Shown here in pieces: positions 1-12,318 of a DNA stretch of 64,000 nucleotides. A program made the position numbers and the translations under genes. The DNA comes from Fistulifera solaris (taxonomy: Eukaryota). Location: assembly GCA_030295235.1 (NCBI GenBank), contig AP026136.1, forward strand, positions 682,001-746,000, given 5' to 3'. The notes under the pieces are model-generated. The model ran no database searches. It saw only the letters and a list, made by a program, of their open reading frames with translations, and was not told the origin of the DNA. Numbering within the stretch: position 1 is the stretch's first letter; the number at the start of each line of letters is the position of its first letter.

Positions 1-847
1 TTTTCGACTCTCCAGTTCTTGGCCGCTTGCTCGACGTCGGTGATGTGTCCAATTCTTCCAATTGAGTGCCCAGAGCAGAGCCACCCGAAAGAAATTCCCC
101 GCGGCTTCTTTCTCGTCGCTCTGATAGCTGTGGAGACGCGTTTTCGGAGCTGCCTTTGTAGTCTTCGTCTAGTAAATCCAGTAAGGTGGTCAAAAATTCG
201 TGGGCGTCTTGTTGACGAAATCCCACAAACAAAGACGATCTCGAGTCAATGGCAGTCTGAAAATTATGCGGTTGCACAGTTTTTCCTTCTCTTAGTAACC
301 TCATCAAGTTAAGGAACTCAGTTCGCAGGCCACCCCTATTCTCGTTTACTGTCTGCGATTCAACCTTGCCGTTGTCTAATGTGTCGACAAAATTATCCAG
401 ACTGGCTAGCATTTGCAACGCCGAAGCCATGTAGCACGTATTTCCAAGGTTATGTAAGCCACCGAAGACGCCATTCGACGGAAGACTTGTACTCCAGTCC
501 ATTAATTCGGGTGCTTCAAGCTCACTAGACGAAGAAGCAGTGTCGTTCAAAACTTCCTTAATGGCATTGTTCATCGAAATATCGATCAAATTACTAATTG
601 CTGGCGTTTCAGGATGAGAATCTTGCTCCTTGTTTATCATTTCGTGATCGCAGCATGTAAATTTCCCGCCATCCTCGCTTTGGGATGCCGTAACATTGGC
701 AATGTCTTCCACACGATCGCCAATTCTTCCTGTTGCGAGCATTCGTCGGTTTTCGTGCTGATTCATGGATGAATCATCATCCCCGGCGTGATTACCATAA
801 CATGATTTCGATAGCTGGAAATGAGATCGAGGGAGTAGTAGAGTCAT
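1..847 (-). CDS. Ubiquitin-specific protease (peptidase C19), 5' part, runs off the left edge
   Basis: Not in the ORF track (no stop inside the window). Manual minus-strand translation from ATG at 847 is open to position 1 and contains the Cys box GGLHNLGNTCYMASALQML (~465-410) and FVGFRQQDAHEFL (~230-190). Confidence 0.88.
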   Translation of the reverse strand, partial: MTLLLPRSHFQLSKSCYGNHAGDDDSSMNQHENRRMLATGRIGDRVEDIANVTASQSEDGGKFTCCDHEMINKEQDSHPETPAISNLIDISMNNAIKEVLNDTASSSSELEAPELMDWSTSLPSNGVFGGLHNLGNTCYMASALQMLASLDNFVDTLDNGKVESQTVNENRGGLRTEFLNLMRLLREGKTVQPHNFQTAIDSRSSLFVGFRQQDAHEFLTTLLDLLDEDYKGSSENASPQLSERRERSRGEFLSGGSALGTQLEELDTSPTSSKRPRTGESK

Positions 848-1423
848 TTTATTACGGACTAAGTGATATTAGAATGGGAATAAAGTGCAATCCTCGTGGG
901 ATGAATGCAAACGTGGGAGAAGAACGGTGTATTTGTGGTCTTCCATCGACTGTGTGGACATGACGGCTAATTTTTTGCCTTGTCGTGTCCCGACGATGTA
1001 AATCGTCGACAGTTGCAGACCAGAGGGCCAACGGTGAAAGGTAAAAACAGACGAGCCCGCCGGGCCTACAGTTCAAGTTCAATATAGAGTAATGAAAGTC
1101 CTATAGATTAGAAAGAACTCTATTTCTCTTATTGTTCTATAGTGATTAGTTCGTTTTTCTTCTTCATCGTCCACGCAAGACTTAAATGATCAAAAGACGA
1201 CGTACGACGTACGTACGCAAGGGCTAATTCAACACCAATCCCGAATCCCGAATTACAAGCTGAAGACGCACGACGGACGTTGTCATTCTGACAAATGAGT
1301 GACTCGGGTTTTGTTTTGTGTCAAGATTCAGGGCCGACAACCTAACTTTTAGTCATCAAAATTAACAAGAAAAACTCATCTAACTAACTATTGCGCGGGA
1401 AATAGTAAACCGTAAAAGTTAAA

Positions 1424-2237
1424 TTAGAGCTCGTCCTTGAAGAGCTCCTTCTCTTTGTAAGCTCGAACGGAACGAAGTGTAGCTAGTCCCCTCTGTCGTA
1501 CTTGCTTCACTCTATCATCCTTCTCGCCTAGTAGTTTTGTGTAACGCGCTTGCAATTGCGCCACTGAGTCACTGTACTGCTTCTCAATAGCAACTACTTT
1601 GTCTTCCTCTACTTTAATCAAAGCATCAAGTTCCGCGTCGTCCATGGCGAAGAAGGCCTCAATTTTCGCTTTTGTCTCAGCATCACACAAGTCTACATTG
1701 GCAGCATTACACATGGGTTCCGTCAGGTGCGCTTCGGCGAATTTCTCGTACTCAGCAGGTGTGTGTTCTCCGTTAAATGACTTTAAATGAGCGGGATCGC
1801 CCCACATTAAGCTTGGGTAACCTCGAATCCCGTGTTCGTCGCACAAAATTTTACCCGACTTTGTCGTACAGTCGACTTTGCCCACAAAGCCAACCGGATG
1901 GTCTTTCCATTTCTCTGCGAATTCGGCGAATTCGGGTTGCATCTTTTGCAGTGGGGACACTGGGGTAACAACAGAAAAGCGGATAGCACTGTCAGTTTCA
2001 CGAACCTACAAAAACAATGGAAGTGTCGAAACACTACAATGATCACATCTGGAAAAGATTCCGCTTGTCAACATTATTTTCGCAAAGGTTTCGTGACACT
2101 TACCCAAGGAGCGTAAAGAAGAGAAAGACCGTTTTACCATCGGTCATTTCATCAAAGTTTTCCATCGTCAGTTCGGGTACATCATAACTGTGTGCAGTGG
2201 CGAGAAAAGCCAGCAGGAATAGCAAACCTTTCGTCAT
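1424..2237 (-). CDS. ER thioredoxin/PDI-like protein with coiled-coil tail and KDEL
   Basis: Exon 1 from ATG 2237 encodes a signal peptide (MTKGLLFLLAFLATAHS) and GKTVF..YAPW. Intron 2103-1960 (GTAAG..CAG). Exon 2 gives CPHCK, KVDCT, IRGYP and ends in KDEL. Needs two 1-nt homopolymer corrections (~2115, ~1945). Confidence 0.85.
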
Positions 2238-2656
2238 GTGTTACAAGCAGATTAGAATCGCAATTACTTGAAGAAACAAGCAAGATTGTCGGATTGTCAA
2301 AAACTGGTTTTTTTCATCAATTATTTTCGTTTCTCTTGGCGCTTGGCGTTCCGACTTTTTCGAGACGTTTTGTTTCTGTACTGCAAAGTACTTATTGACA
2401 GGGAGTGGAGAAAAGTCATAGTCATTGACTTTCGCATTTTTCTCCCCTCTTTTCGAATCTAAATCCCGATTGAAATCTACAAGTACAAGTACATGTAAGC
2501 GGACAATACATGCTCGTGAATGAGTGCATGGAACGACAAAACAATTTCGTCGCTTTGTTCATTGACCTTGTCATGACCTTTGACAAAGCCGAGCCATAAA
2601 CAATCAAACAGCACACGATATACTGATACTCACGAAAGTAGTTTCATCAATTTGAC

Positions 2657-3472
2657 ATGGCTTTCCGACTTCTTTCTACTCTTTTCCTGGTCGGATTGAG
2701 CGTTGCCTATTCACTCAATGATCTGACAGCTGAAACTTACGACAAGACAACGGAGGGGAAAACGGTGTTTCTGAAGTTTTACGCACCTACGGTAAGTCTC
2801 TGTGGAAGCGACCCTGCAATTACATTCTGATTTCGTACGGTGAGGCTTGATTCATAGTCCTGGAGATTTTAGTAATAATAAGACTTTTCTCACCTGTCGT
2901 TTGTTGCAATCTTCTATCGGTCAATTCAGTGCGCCCATTGCAAGGCCATGGCACCGGAATGGGACAAGCTGGCTGAAATTTACAAAGACCACGAATATAT
3001 TCTCGTTGGTCAGGTCGATTGCAATGATACTAGAAACAAAGAACTTTGTGCCATGAATTACGTTCGAGGATACCCCACTGTCCTTTACGGTGATCCACAG
3101 CATTTGGAAAAGTACGAAGGGCCCCGGCTATTTTTACACTTGGAAAGATTTGTTGAGACTAGTTTAAAACCGATCTGTTCAGCTCACAATTTGGACTTGT
3201 GCGATGACGAAACCAGAGCTACCATCGAAGAGTTGCTGACGCTCTCTTTCAAAGAATTGGACGAACGAGTTGCCAAGGCGGAAGAGCAGCTTCAAGCAGC
3301 TAACGAAGAGTTCGAAAAGAAGCTGAAGCGTATTCAAAACGATTATATCAAAGTTGCCGATAGGAAGCAGGATGCGATTGATGCCTTGAAAGATGACAGT
3401 TTGGCGTTGATGAAGGCTGTGAAGGGTCACAAAAAGAAACTGGCTAGACAAGCCACCGCTGCAAGTATGTAG
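2657..3472 (+). CDS. Thioredoxin/PDI-like protein, paralog of the divergent neighbour
   Basis: ATG 2657 with signal peptide, GKTVFLKFYAPT | intron 2792-2929 | CAHCKAMAPEW, QVDCN, VRGYP, CSAHNLDLCDD. No KDEL. Confidence 0.88.
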
Positions 3473-4285
3473 GTAATGACAAAATAAATATCAATGAGTC
3501 GATCACTCTCGCTGCTAGACGGCCTGTAATGTTTTTACAAAAGCAATGCACGAACTCACGAGGAGTATAGCGCTGCAAGCCATAGTGTAGTTCACCGTTA
3601 CGGGATGAATCGAAAACCGAGCGAAGAAAAAAAGCTTCACGGGTCTCTAAACCAGATATTGGATCATTAGACTTGACTACCTAAAAAGCAAAAAATAACC
3701 AACGCAAGGTTAAACACCCGAGATGAGACTTGAACTCACAACCTTTTCCTGTAGCATGCAGTACGGGTTCCTACATTAGGAGGGAAACGCGCTACCATTG
3801 CGCCACACGGGCAACATTGTTTGATCCGTGTTTTAAATATTATCATCTCTTAAACTTTTCTTTACGTACTAGGTGGTACAGTACCGGCACCGTTACTCGT
3901 TACTCTGTATGCGCCATTAAGACTTAAGACATTTTCATCGCCAATCGGGATCTGTTCCACCGAGACTTCCATTGCACCTACAAGTACAAGTCTTGCTATG
4001 CAGGTCCGACGAGCAGTATGTGTGTGCCTCTATCAGTTCTCTGATATTAAATGTCGCGACATCCGAGAATATCCGAGAGCGTACAAAACAACTGCGTTGA
4101 AGGCTTGCTATTATCATCTAAATACATTCATGTCATGGTGATGAAAAGCTTCATTTCGATTCCTTCAACGGAGCTCCGCGACTGGAGTTGCACAACCAAA
4201 TGGAATGATGAAAGATAGAGCAATCGTATTTCTCATATCTACCGATTCGAAGTCGGCTTAGCACAGATTGCTCAAACATCCAACC

Positions 4286-4861
4286 ATGGTCTGCGATGCT
4301 GCGATGATTGTTAGCACTCTTGTCACATTCGCCATGAACGGAGCTTGCTGCGTTTACCAAATGCAAGAAGATGAAGATCTCCGAAAATGTATTCGCAAAG
4401 ATATTCGAGTCGAGTACGAAAGGCAGCGTGTGATCGATATGGAACGGTGGGCTGAGCAATACTCAAGGGAGCGAAACCACCGAAGTGAGTCATCGATTGA
4501 TCATGACCGTAGAAAAAGGTTACTCCATCAAAAGGTGGATCTCTTTAATCAAGCCAGCAGAGATGGTGGAGTTCAGGAGCGAGAAGGTGCGCCTGGAGCA
4601 CGTTCCTGGCCAGGGTTGTCCGAGCAAGCTTTCATGTCAACCGGCAAGCATGATGATTTGATCGAAGTTTCGAAAGTAGCTTCGAAACGCTCTCGCTCGG
4701 TTACATCATCGAAATTCGCTGAGAGACGACTTGCCCAAAAGATGACCGCACAAGCTGCGTCATCGGACATGAGCTCGTTGCTGGATTCGGACAATGACGA
4801 TAACACTACTGACGACACAGCGGACGATGAGTCGTCGCTTGTCGACGTTGACCTTCACTAA
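4286..4861 (+). CDS. Hypothetical protein (N-terminal hydrophobic segment, acidic tail)
   Basis: Long ORF with protein-like composition; no recognisable domain. Confidence 0.55.
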   Translation: MVCDAAMIVSTLVTFAMNGACCVYQMQEDEDLRKCIRKDIRVEYERQRVIDMERWAEQYSRERNHRSESSIDHDRRKRLLHQKVDLFNQASRDGGVQEREGAPGARSWPGLSEQAFMSTGKHDDLIEVSKVASKRSRSVTSSKFAERRLAQKMTAQAASSDMSSLLDSDNDDNTTDDTADDESSLVDVDLH

Positions 4862-4915
4862 AGTATTGTTGATTTGTTAACTACTAGTAACAAGAGTATT
4901 CATAAGCATTAAGCA

Positions 4916-5425
4916 TTACAGCGATCCTCCCCTTGCTTTCTCACCGTGCGAGATTCCGACATCCAATACTGGCAAATCGATCCCCGCTGCACGTACAGCA
5001 TCCATTTGATCCACTGACACCGTCCAAAGCTCATCAGCTTGGGCTCCGTATCCTGGACCACCACCAAGACTGGGGACAGGTCGTTGTCCGTAAAATCCTT
5101 CACCAAAAGATCCGGTGACCATGTCATCAGTAACTGACTTCCATATGCCACTTGATACTTCGCGTGGATCAAAGAATAAATCGGTTTCGCTATCATCTGC
5201 GCGAATGCATAGTGGAGCAACTTCGCCGTACTGCATCACAGCACACAGTCGGGGCTCTTTGTTAGTGTCGTATCTTATACCAACAAGATCATTCTCCAAA
5301 AAGTCTTCGGAAAGAGCGGGCAGTTCGTTGAGCGAGTGGACACCTGGCTTTAACAGTAACCATGACTCACTCATTGTTAACAGACTTAGTGCAGTCAGCC
5401 TGAATCGAATACTGGAGGATTGCAT
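4916..5425 (-). CDS. Hypothetical protein, possible signal peptide
   Basis: 169-aa ORF with hydrophobic N-terminus and a conserved-looking segment GEGFYGQRPVPSLGGGPGYGA. Confidence 0.65.
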   Translation of the reverse strand: MQSSSIRFRLTALSLLTMSESWLLLKPGVHSLNELPALSEDFLENDLVGIRYDTNKEPRLCAVMQYGEVAPLCIRADDSETDLFFDPREVSSGIWKSVTDDMVTGSFGEGFYGQRPVPSLGGGPGYGAQADELWTVSVDQMDAVRAAGIDLPVLDVGISHGEKARGGSL

Positions 5426-6334
5426 TTACACGGCGTGAAAATCAACGAATCTCGCAGAAGGGGAAGTGGGGTTAAAGACAGCGATGGCGATCCAATAATG
5501 AGTGGCTGCGGTAATCTAGTTGAAATTCAATCTATATACCTTCTTTATGGTTTATTTCCATGATGCCGAAATCATGGGTTTCCTCCATCAAAAAGTTTTC
5601 GTGCCATGCGATCATCTCCGTCCTTGCTCCTTGTGCGAGGAGAGGCGACTTGAAGGGGAGGAGTCGTCGGTCAACGAGAAAAAGAGAACGGGTGAACGTG
5701 AGAGGTGAGAGTCAGTCAAGAGTGTCACGAGTCACGAGTCCCTTTCCTCCCCCATCTCCAACTTCCAACGTACGATGTGAGAGCCGAAAAACGAAAACAC
5801 CGAACGGCAAAACGAACGCAGAACGTGAAACGTGAAACTTGCTTGTCTATGTGCCGGAAGCCGTAGATAATAAAATGTAGAGGACCTCGTAATTACTGCA
5901 ACATGCTGAACCCCTAAACACTGAACGAACTACATTGTAAGCCTACTTCCCAGAAACTCTTGCGACAATCAAAAGCTCTTCTTTTCTGATATCTATCTTT
6001 CACAAACCGACCTCGCGAAAGTCACTGGTCACGGCTCTCCTATGTACCGATAGTACTTCTTCGTACAAAGTATAAGCAATAACCACGAGACACGTGACCG
6101 GAAAAAGTTGTGTGAAGGTGAAAAGTCAAAAAAAGTCAACCGCCGCCAGCCGCCAGCCACGGGCAACAGCAATAACAAAGCTCTTATTGTCATTACTAAA
6201 CTTGGCTAGCCGTGCACTGGCTCACGAGTTCACGCTTCATGCATCATCTTGCTTTGAAAGGTGAAAACAATATTTTTACAGCCTTTTGTTATTCTATTGA
6301 TAAGCGAAGAAAGAACAGTCTAGTTGCGTGAGAA

Positions 6335-7974
6335 ATGTCAGATGAATCATCGTCTGTTAATTCTGGTGATCGAGAACGATCCGAAGACGAAGCCAGCGAC
6401 GATGAATCATCTGATGAGGAAGAGAAACATGAAAAATCAGACAAAACGGTCGCTAAAGTTCAGCCTGGCAAGAAATTACAGGCTAAATGGGATGATATGT
6501 TCGAACGCTTGTTAACGTACAAGAATGAACACGGAGACTGCTTAGTCCCAAACCGATACACCAAAGATCCGCAACTTGGAAGTTGGGGTAAGTTCAGAAG
6601 CACAGCGCCGACGCTTCGGTACGTCTTCTTACCATTCAATTTTGCAGTGTCCACACAACGTAGGCATTACAAGATTTTGATGTCGGATAGTGGTGATACA
6701 ACACCCATGACACCAGCTCGGGCACGCAAATTGGAAGAAATTGGCTTTAAGTGGTCGACAAAAGATCCGCGTCATGTTCCTTGGGAATATCGATACAATC
6801 AGCTTGTTGCCTTCAAGGTAAAGATCGTTGTAAAAAAGACCATGGTGAGCGACACTAAGTTTCTGTTCGTTTCGCAGGAAAAATATGGGCACACACAGGT
6901 TCCAATAGGATGGGAGGTAAGTGGAAAGAATGAGCGGAAATGATTGATTGAATTTGCAGGAATGAGCCTTACAACCAATGTGATCGAATGTTAGGAAAAC
7001 ATTAAACTATCCAACTGGGTATCTACTCAGGTAAGTGATGATGCAGGTCACTTTGCCACACTGTCGAGAAGTAAACTCAATCTTCTTTCATGATTCATTC
7101 TATTTAGCGGCAAGAGTACAAGTTGATTCAAAGTGGACGCCAAAGCAGACTTTCAGAAGCTAAAATATCCCTTCTGGACGATATTGACTTTATCTGGGAG
7201 GCTCAAAGAGGTGGCCCAAGAAGAAAGCGAAAGGCCACTGTTGTTGTTCCATCAAAGCCCAATCCAGTGGATGCTAGAAAAATAAAGACGCGAACGGCGA
7301 CACGTGGTGGAAAAGCTGGAGCTTACACTCGCGGTGGTAGCTTGTCAGCTCGTGAATCCTCGCGTGGTAAAGTCAATTCGAATTCAGATAGCAGAGAATT
7401 TCACGATGCGCGCGAAACCAACGCACCAAATCAGCTACCTACTTTGCAGCAACAATCGGTGGCCATCAATAACAGCAGTATGGTAGGCATGAATGCTGGA
7501 ACCGCTGCTCTGTTGCAAGGTGCATATTTCCCGACGGTAACGCAACCAGGATTATCCGTCGTGCCAGGTTTGCAGCTGGCTACTAATCCATGGCAACTAC
7601 TGGCAGCAAATAACGGAGCTTTTCAGTCTAGTATTCCGCCTACAATGGGACTTGTCGGTGGAAATGGTTCATTTTTTCCTCTTTCGGCTCGGTTGGGATT
7701 GGCGCAACCTGGAGTACAGCAGCTCGGTAGTCCACAGATCGACCCGTCCAGACAACTTCTAATACAACAGGCAGCACTAGGTCAACTATCCTCATTTCAG
7801 CGCCAAACACAGGCTTCCTCGTTTCTAAACACCCCCGCAAGCGCCTTCAATGGATCCATGGGCATCCAGAATCTGCAGCCGTTTCAGTTGCAACAGTTGT
7901 ACTTACAAGGTAACACTGCACAGCAAGAGGCTGAAATCCCGAAGCCGGATGTTGGAAATTTTTCCGCCGACTAA
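6335..7974 (+). CDS. Helicase-associated (HA) domain protein with Q-rich tail, putative DNA-binding regulator
   Basis: Two HA repeats (WDDMFERLLTYKNEHGDCLVP..LGSWVSTQR..LEEIGFKW; WEYRYNQLVAFKEKYGHTQVP..LSNWVSTQR..LDDIDFIW) assemble in frame across GT-AG introns 6588-6647, 6818-6877, 6917-6994 and 7031-7107. Confidence 0.9.
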
Positions 7975-8082
7975 TGGATCCACCAGCAATGTTCAGGAAA
8001 AAACGCTGAAAGTTTTGTTCAACGTGAGCACCCTTGAACCAAAATATTATGACATCTTTGTATTGTCAAAGAATTTAAAGAG

Positions 8083-11000
8083 TTATCTTCTCTTTCTTTT
8101 GTCGCGTCCTCTCACAACGGTCGACATCTGCTCAACCATTGCGCCGCGATTCTTTTTTGTGTACGACCTACCGTCCAATGGCATGAACGCATACGGCTCA
8201 TACTTTTGTCCCTTTCGCTTCACGTCGCCGCCTGCTTTCTTTGATTTGTAGGAAGAACCAAGCCCGCCTTTCTTATCCAATCGCCGCCTCTTGTTCTCGC
8301 GAGGATGAGCCGACGTATCATCGATGTCATCTTGTGCTACTTCGTCTTCTGCTTCGTCCCTTATGATCAGTTTTCCCGTGTTATCCAATTCGAATTCAGT
8401 GTCGCTTGTATCACTTTCATGATTATCAGCGAAATGAACATTTTTGACATCTTACTCCCTAGCATATCGACAACGTCACCATCTCCCCCGTCGGGTAACC
8501 GAAAAACAGATTCTCTAGTCCCTTTTTGTCGTGACTTAGCAGTTTCTGCTCTTGACATTGTCGTCCCTCGTGATTTAACTGACATCATAGACTTGTCTTT
8601 CCTAGTTTTACCTGTCATTCTAGAGAATCCAGTCATCCCTGTCGTAAAAGTGACCCCGTCATCTGAATCTTCTTCATCTGATTCCAGCATGTCTTCGAAA
8701 TTTTCTTTTTCATTTGTCTGTGATCCACGCTCCTTCTTTCGCTTATGCCGTTGCTCTAGCTTGCGCATGTGTGTCAATAGTCTTGACTCGGACCCAGGGA
8801 CGTAGGGGGTCAAAGCATCGTAGCCAAATATCTTCACCAGCTTTTTAAGAACGATCTTAATTTTCGAGCGAAATCGGCTCTTGCTTTTGTGATAAGACAG
8901 CAGGGCTCTGACCAAGTCTGGCATCAGCGGAGAAAGTTGATGGTACGGGATGACAGCGACACATACACGAATGAAACCCAGGACGCTTTTAATAACCTCG
9001 CGTGAATCTTCCTCGGCAAGAACAAGGACCGTCTTAAGCATTGATGGCAATACATTCTGAAAATTGTCATTATCCTTTGCATGCACGAAAGTTATCCGAG
9101 ATATGGCAGTGACCGAAGCAGATCTCATATGAGGAGTCTCGGCGCCTAAGCCCGCCGTAACTGAGCTCAAAAACTCAAGCGGGTTACTCTTTGAATACAA
9201 TGAAAGTATGACTTGAAAGGCGGCTTCTCGTGTTTTAGCGTTCGTATCTTTCAAACAAAGAAGCAACTCGCCAGTGATACCCGAGAACTCACTCTGCAAA
9301 TACAGATGTTCAGTACCTCCACCTTCACTAAAAAAAGTATAAGAACCTTAGAACGTACCATATACTCTGCTTGATTCTCAGCTAAACCGTCAATGACTAG
9401 GTTGAGACACTTGAGCCGCATGTATCGAGCAGCGATTTGAGATGTCATTATTGTTCCTGTCAATAGCGAAATTATTTCTCGCAATCGTTCCCTATCAACA
9501 ACGAACGAATGATGACTTCGACATAATTCAGCCAGCACTTTGTAAGCCTTCTTTTGAACTCGAGGTCCGTGTTCATCTGTCCTTATTAGGGGTTTCAGCG
9601 CTCGATACAAGAAAGCTAGATTCGATTTCTCCATTTGCTTTGAGGCAACAAGTGATTCCGCAAGGCTCAAAAGAGAACAAATTCTTTCTGTCTTCGGATA
9701 ATCTTCCTGGATCTCACCAAGTAAACGATGCATAAGCTTTTGAAAAAGGCTCCGAAGTAAGGTTGGAGCTGATAATTTTGCTAGAGAAGAAATGGATTCA
9801 GTGACGAAAGATGCTTGTTGGCCAGCGAGTCCAGAGTCTTCGACATCCGAGGTCATATGATCCCTACCAGTGTTCTCCCCAGAGTCGCTAACAAGCTTGA
9901 ACATACAAGGTAGAAGGTTCGCGGCGGCTAATTCGACATTCTCTTTCATTGATGTCGTGGTGCCACCTTCTTCAGGCCGATTGGCCTCTCCCTCTGCCAA
10001 AATCTTAATTCCACTGCAAACAACGGGCTACAACAAGCTAGGTTAGGGCCCTGCAAACTCAGTATTTCCAAAATGAACGAGAACTTATGCTTACCAAAAG
10101 CTCAGGATATCGACGATCCTGTAAAACTCGGACGAGGGTCGAGCTAAGAGGAACGATAGTTGCTTCGACGTCTTCTGGAAATTTGCAAAAGCACGGAAAA
10201 AGAGACCACAAGTCGATGACTCTCTGTCGATGAACTGATAGTCCACTTTTTGATGCTGCTGCAAGCTTATCAAATTTCCGCGCCATTACCAAGACATTAC
10301 TCTGAAAAAATGCAATCTTTGGCTGTACGGGTTGGGACGCGTTTGCAGCTGATTTAAAAGTGGACAGCAACCAAGAATTTTCGACTGACAATTCTGTAGG
10401 GAAATGCAGTGTTAGGATTATATACGCAATACTAATCGAAATTGCTTGGCTAAACTTACTACCGATCCCGGTGTCGGAATCCAGATCCAACATTTTCCAC
10501 GATGACTCGATCCCCACCTCTTGAACAACGATTTCGCACGCATCTTCAACAGAACGTTGAGCCGGTGAGCCGAGTGGTACGGCATTTCGCAGCTTAACCA
10601 TCTGTACAAAGCTACCTTCCACGGGAATGGCATTGTAAAGTGTCTTAATAAGAACAGCAAGGCTTTTTAACCCGACGCCGTATAAGTCGATGTATGAAGG
10701 TTCCATAACCCGATCCATGAACCGCAGCATGTCTCTAAGGCACTTTTCCACATCGGCTTGTTGCGTGCTAGTTATGAAAGGCAACAAATGTGTTCGATAC
10801 AGCTGGGTTAATCCAACCAGCAATGATTCGCCTACAGCCGAATCGTTCCCGCCATTTTCGCTCGGACAAGACAGCAAAACCAGCATTTGTATGGTTATAG
10901 GCAGCAGCTTACACACAATTGACGAGTTTGAAGCCATCAATCGCCCCATTGCTATCAAGAGCGTTTGTCCGTATTGAATTTTGCAATGCTCCACGATCTC

Positions 11001-12000
11001 CGCGTCAGCTACTCCCTGTCGAAGCACAAGTTTTGGGTGGAGTTGTAGCTGAGTCGCGATGATGCGAGAAGCGAACTCGTTAAGAAAGGTTTTTTCTTTC
11101 TTCTGAATCATCTTCTAGCATGTTACCAACAACGCTCAAAAGACTCCCAATCACTAAAACTCTAGGTGTGGCATCGCGAGCTTTTGTAACCGTCACAAAG
11201 TCGGTCGCGCTCGAGTCCTTTACCTCCATGAGTGCTACCAATAGTTTCATTGCGTCTGCACCCAACTGTTCATAGTTCATGTAAAGTATGGAGTGTTCAA
11301 GGAAAGACACTAGCTGCTGCATACTCTCAATGACTTCCGTTTTGGGGTTTGACGCTGCCTTAGCCAGGTGACTGTGGGCATGAGAAGTAAGCATTTTGAC
11401 CACCACCTGATTCGACTGGGAAATCATGAGTTCGCATAGTGACGAATTCGCAGCTTTCCAAACCTTCGGTCTAGAATCGTTGAACAAAGTCAAAAGTGTC
11501 CCTTGAAGAAAGTGCTTAATCAGTTTGGTATCTGTCGTGCTCGGAATGTACTTAAGAAGTTCACCAGAAAGGATTGCTGCGTGTTTCAGCAACGAGAAAA
11601 CACCACCAAGACCATCTTTCGTTTCCATACTAGTATCTGCACTTATTTCTTGAGCTACTGCGACGACTGCACGAATGACTCGTGAAGCGAGCGGAAACGT
11701 AGCTTGTAAGATAGCTGGTGGAGTCACATATTGGACTGTGCAAGAAAGGATCTGGAGTAAAGCCACTTGTGTATGAATCGAATCTACAACCTTGTCTTGG
11801 GGAGCTAGAGCGCCCTCCAAGGCCGTTACTGTCTTCACATAAACTTTGGCAGCCGTGCAATCTGCTTCTCCGCCGGCCACTTCTATCATGGCCGAAGCAA
11901 CTGCTGCTAAACGCAGCGCGCGCGGATCGCGTCGGTTCTCCGGTTCCGAAAAATCCTGTAGCACTTGACTAAACGAACGAGTATCTTCGTCCAAGTCCAT
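8083..12000 (-). CDS. RRP12: RRP12-like ribosome biogenesis HEAT-repeat protein
   Basis: Consecutive ORFs with LWSLFPCFC, VQKKAYKVL, AGLGAETPHMRSASV, SREVIKSVLGFI and C-terminal GGDVKRKGQKYEPYAFMPL. Several introns and homopolymer frameshifts (~11095, ~8440). Confidence 0.88.
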
Positions 12001-12318
12001 CTTGCTTTTGCTATTACTTCGACTCACTGAAGAAAAATTCGAGTGTTTGAGAAAGGAATGAACGAAAAGAAAAAGGGGGGAAATAATAATTTCCTTGGCT
12101 ATTATTGTGGAGCGGTCCGCTGCTTGTACGTCGTCAGTGACCAATCTACGACGTACGACGACGGACAGGAAGCAAGTCAAGTCCTTGCGCGCGTGACATG
12201 ACGTCACCCGCCCCATTTCTTTCGCTGGCTGGAATTTTTTCGGCCTTGCGAGAATTATTGACCGCATTGCTATTGCGTTTATCAAATCTTTGTTGAATTC
12301 GGAGTTTTTTTTGGAAAC

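Noticed and set aside
1424..3472. Selenocysteine (UGA) in the PDI-like active sites
   Set aside because: Both first-Cys codons are TGT or TGC after splicing.
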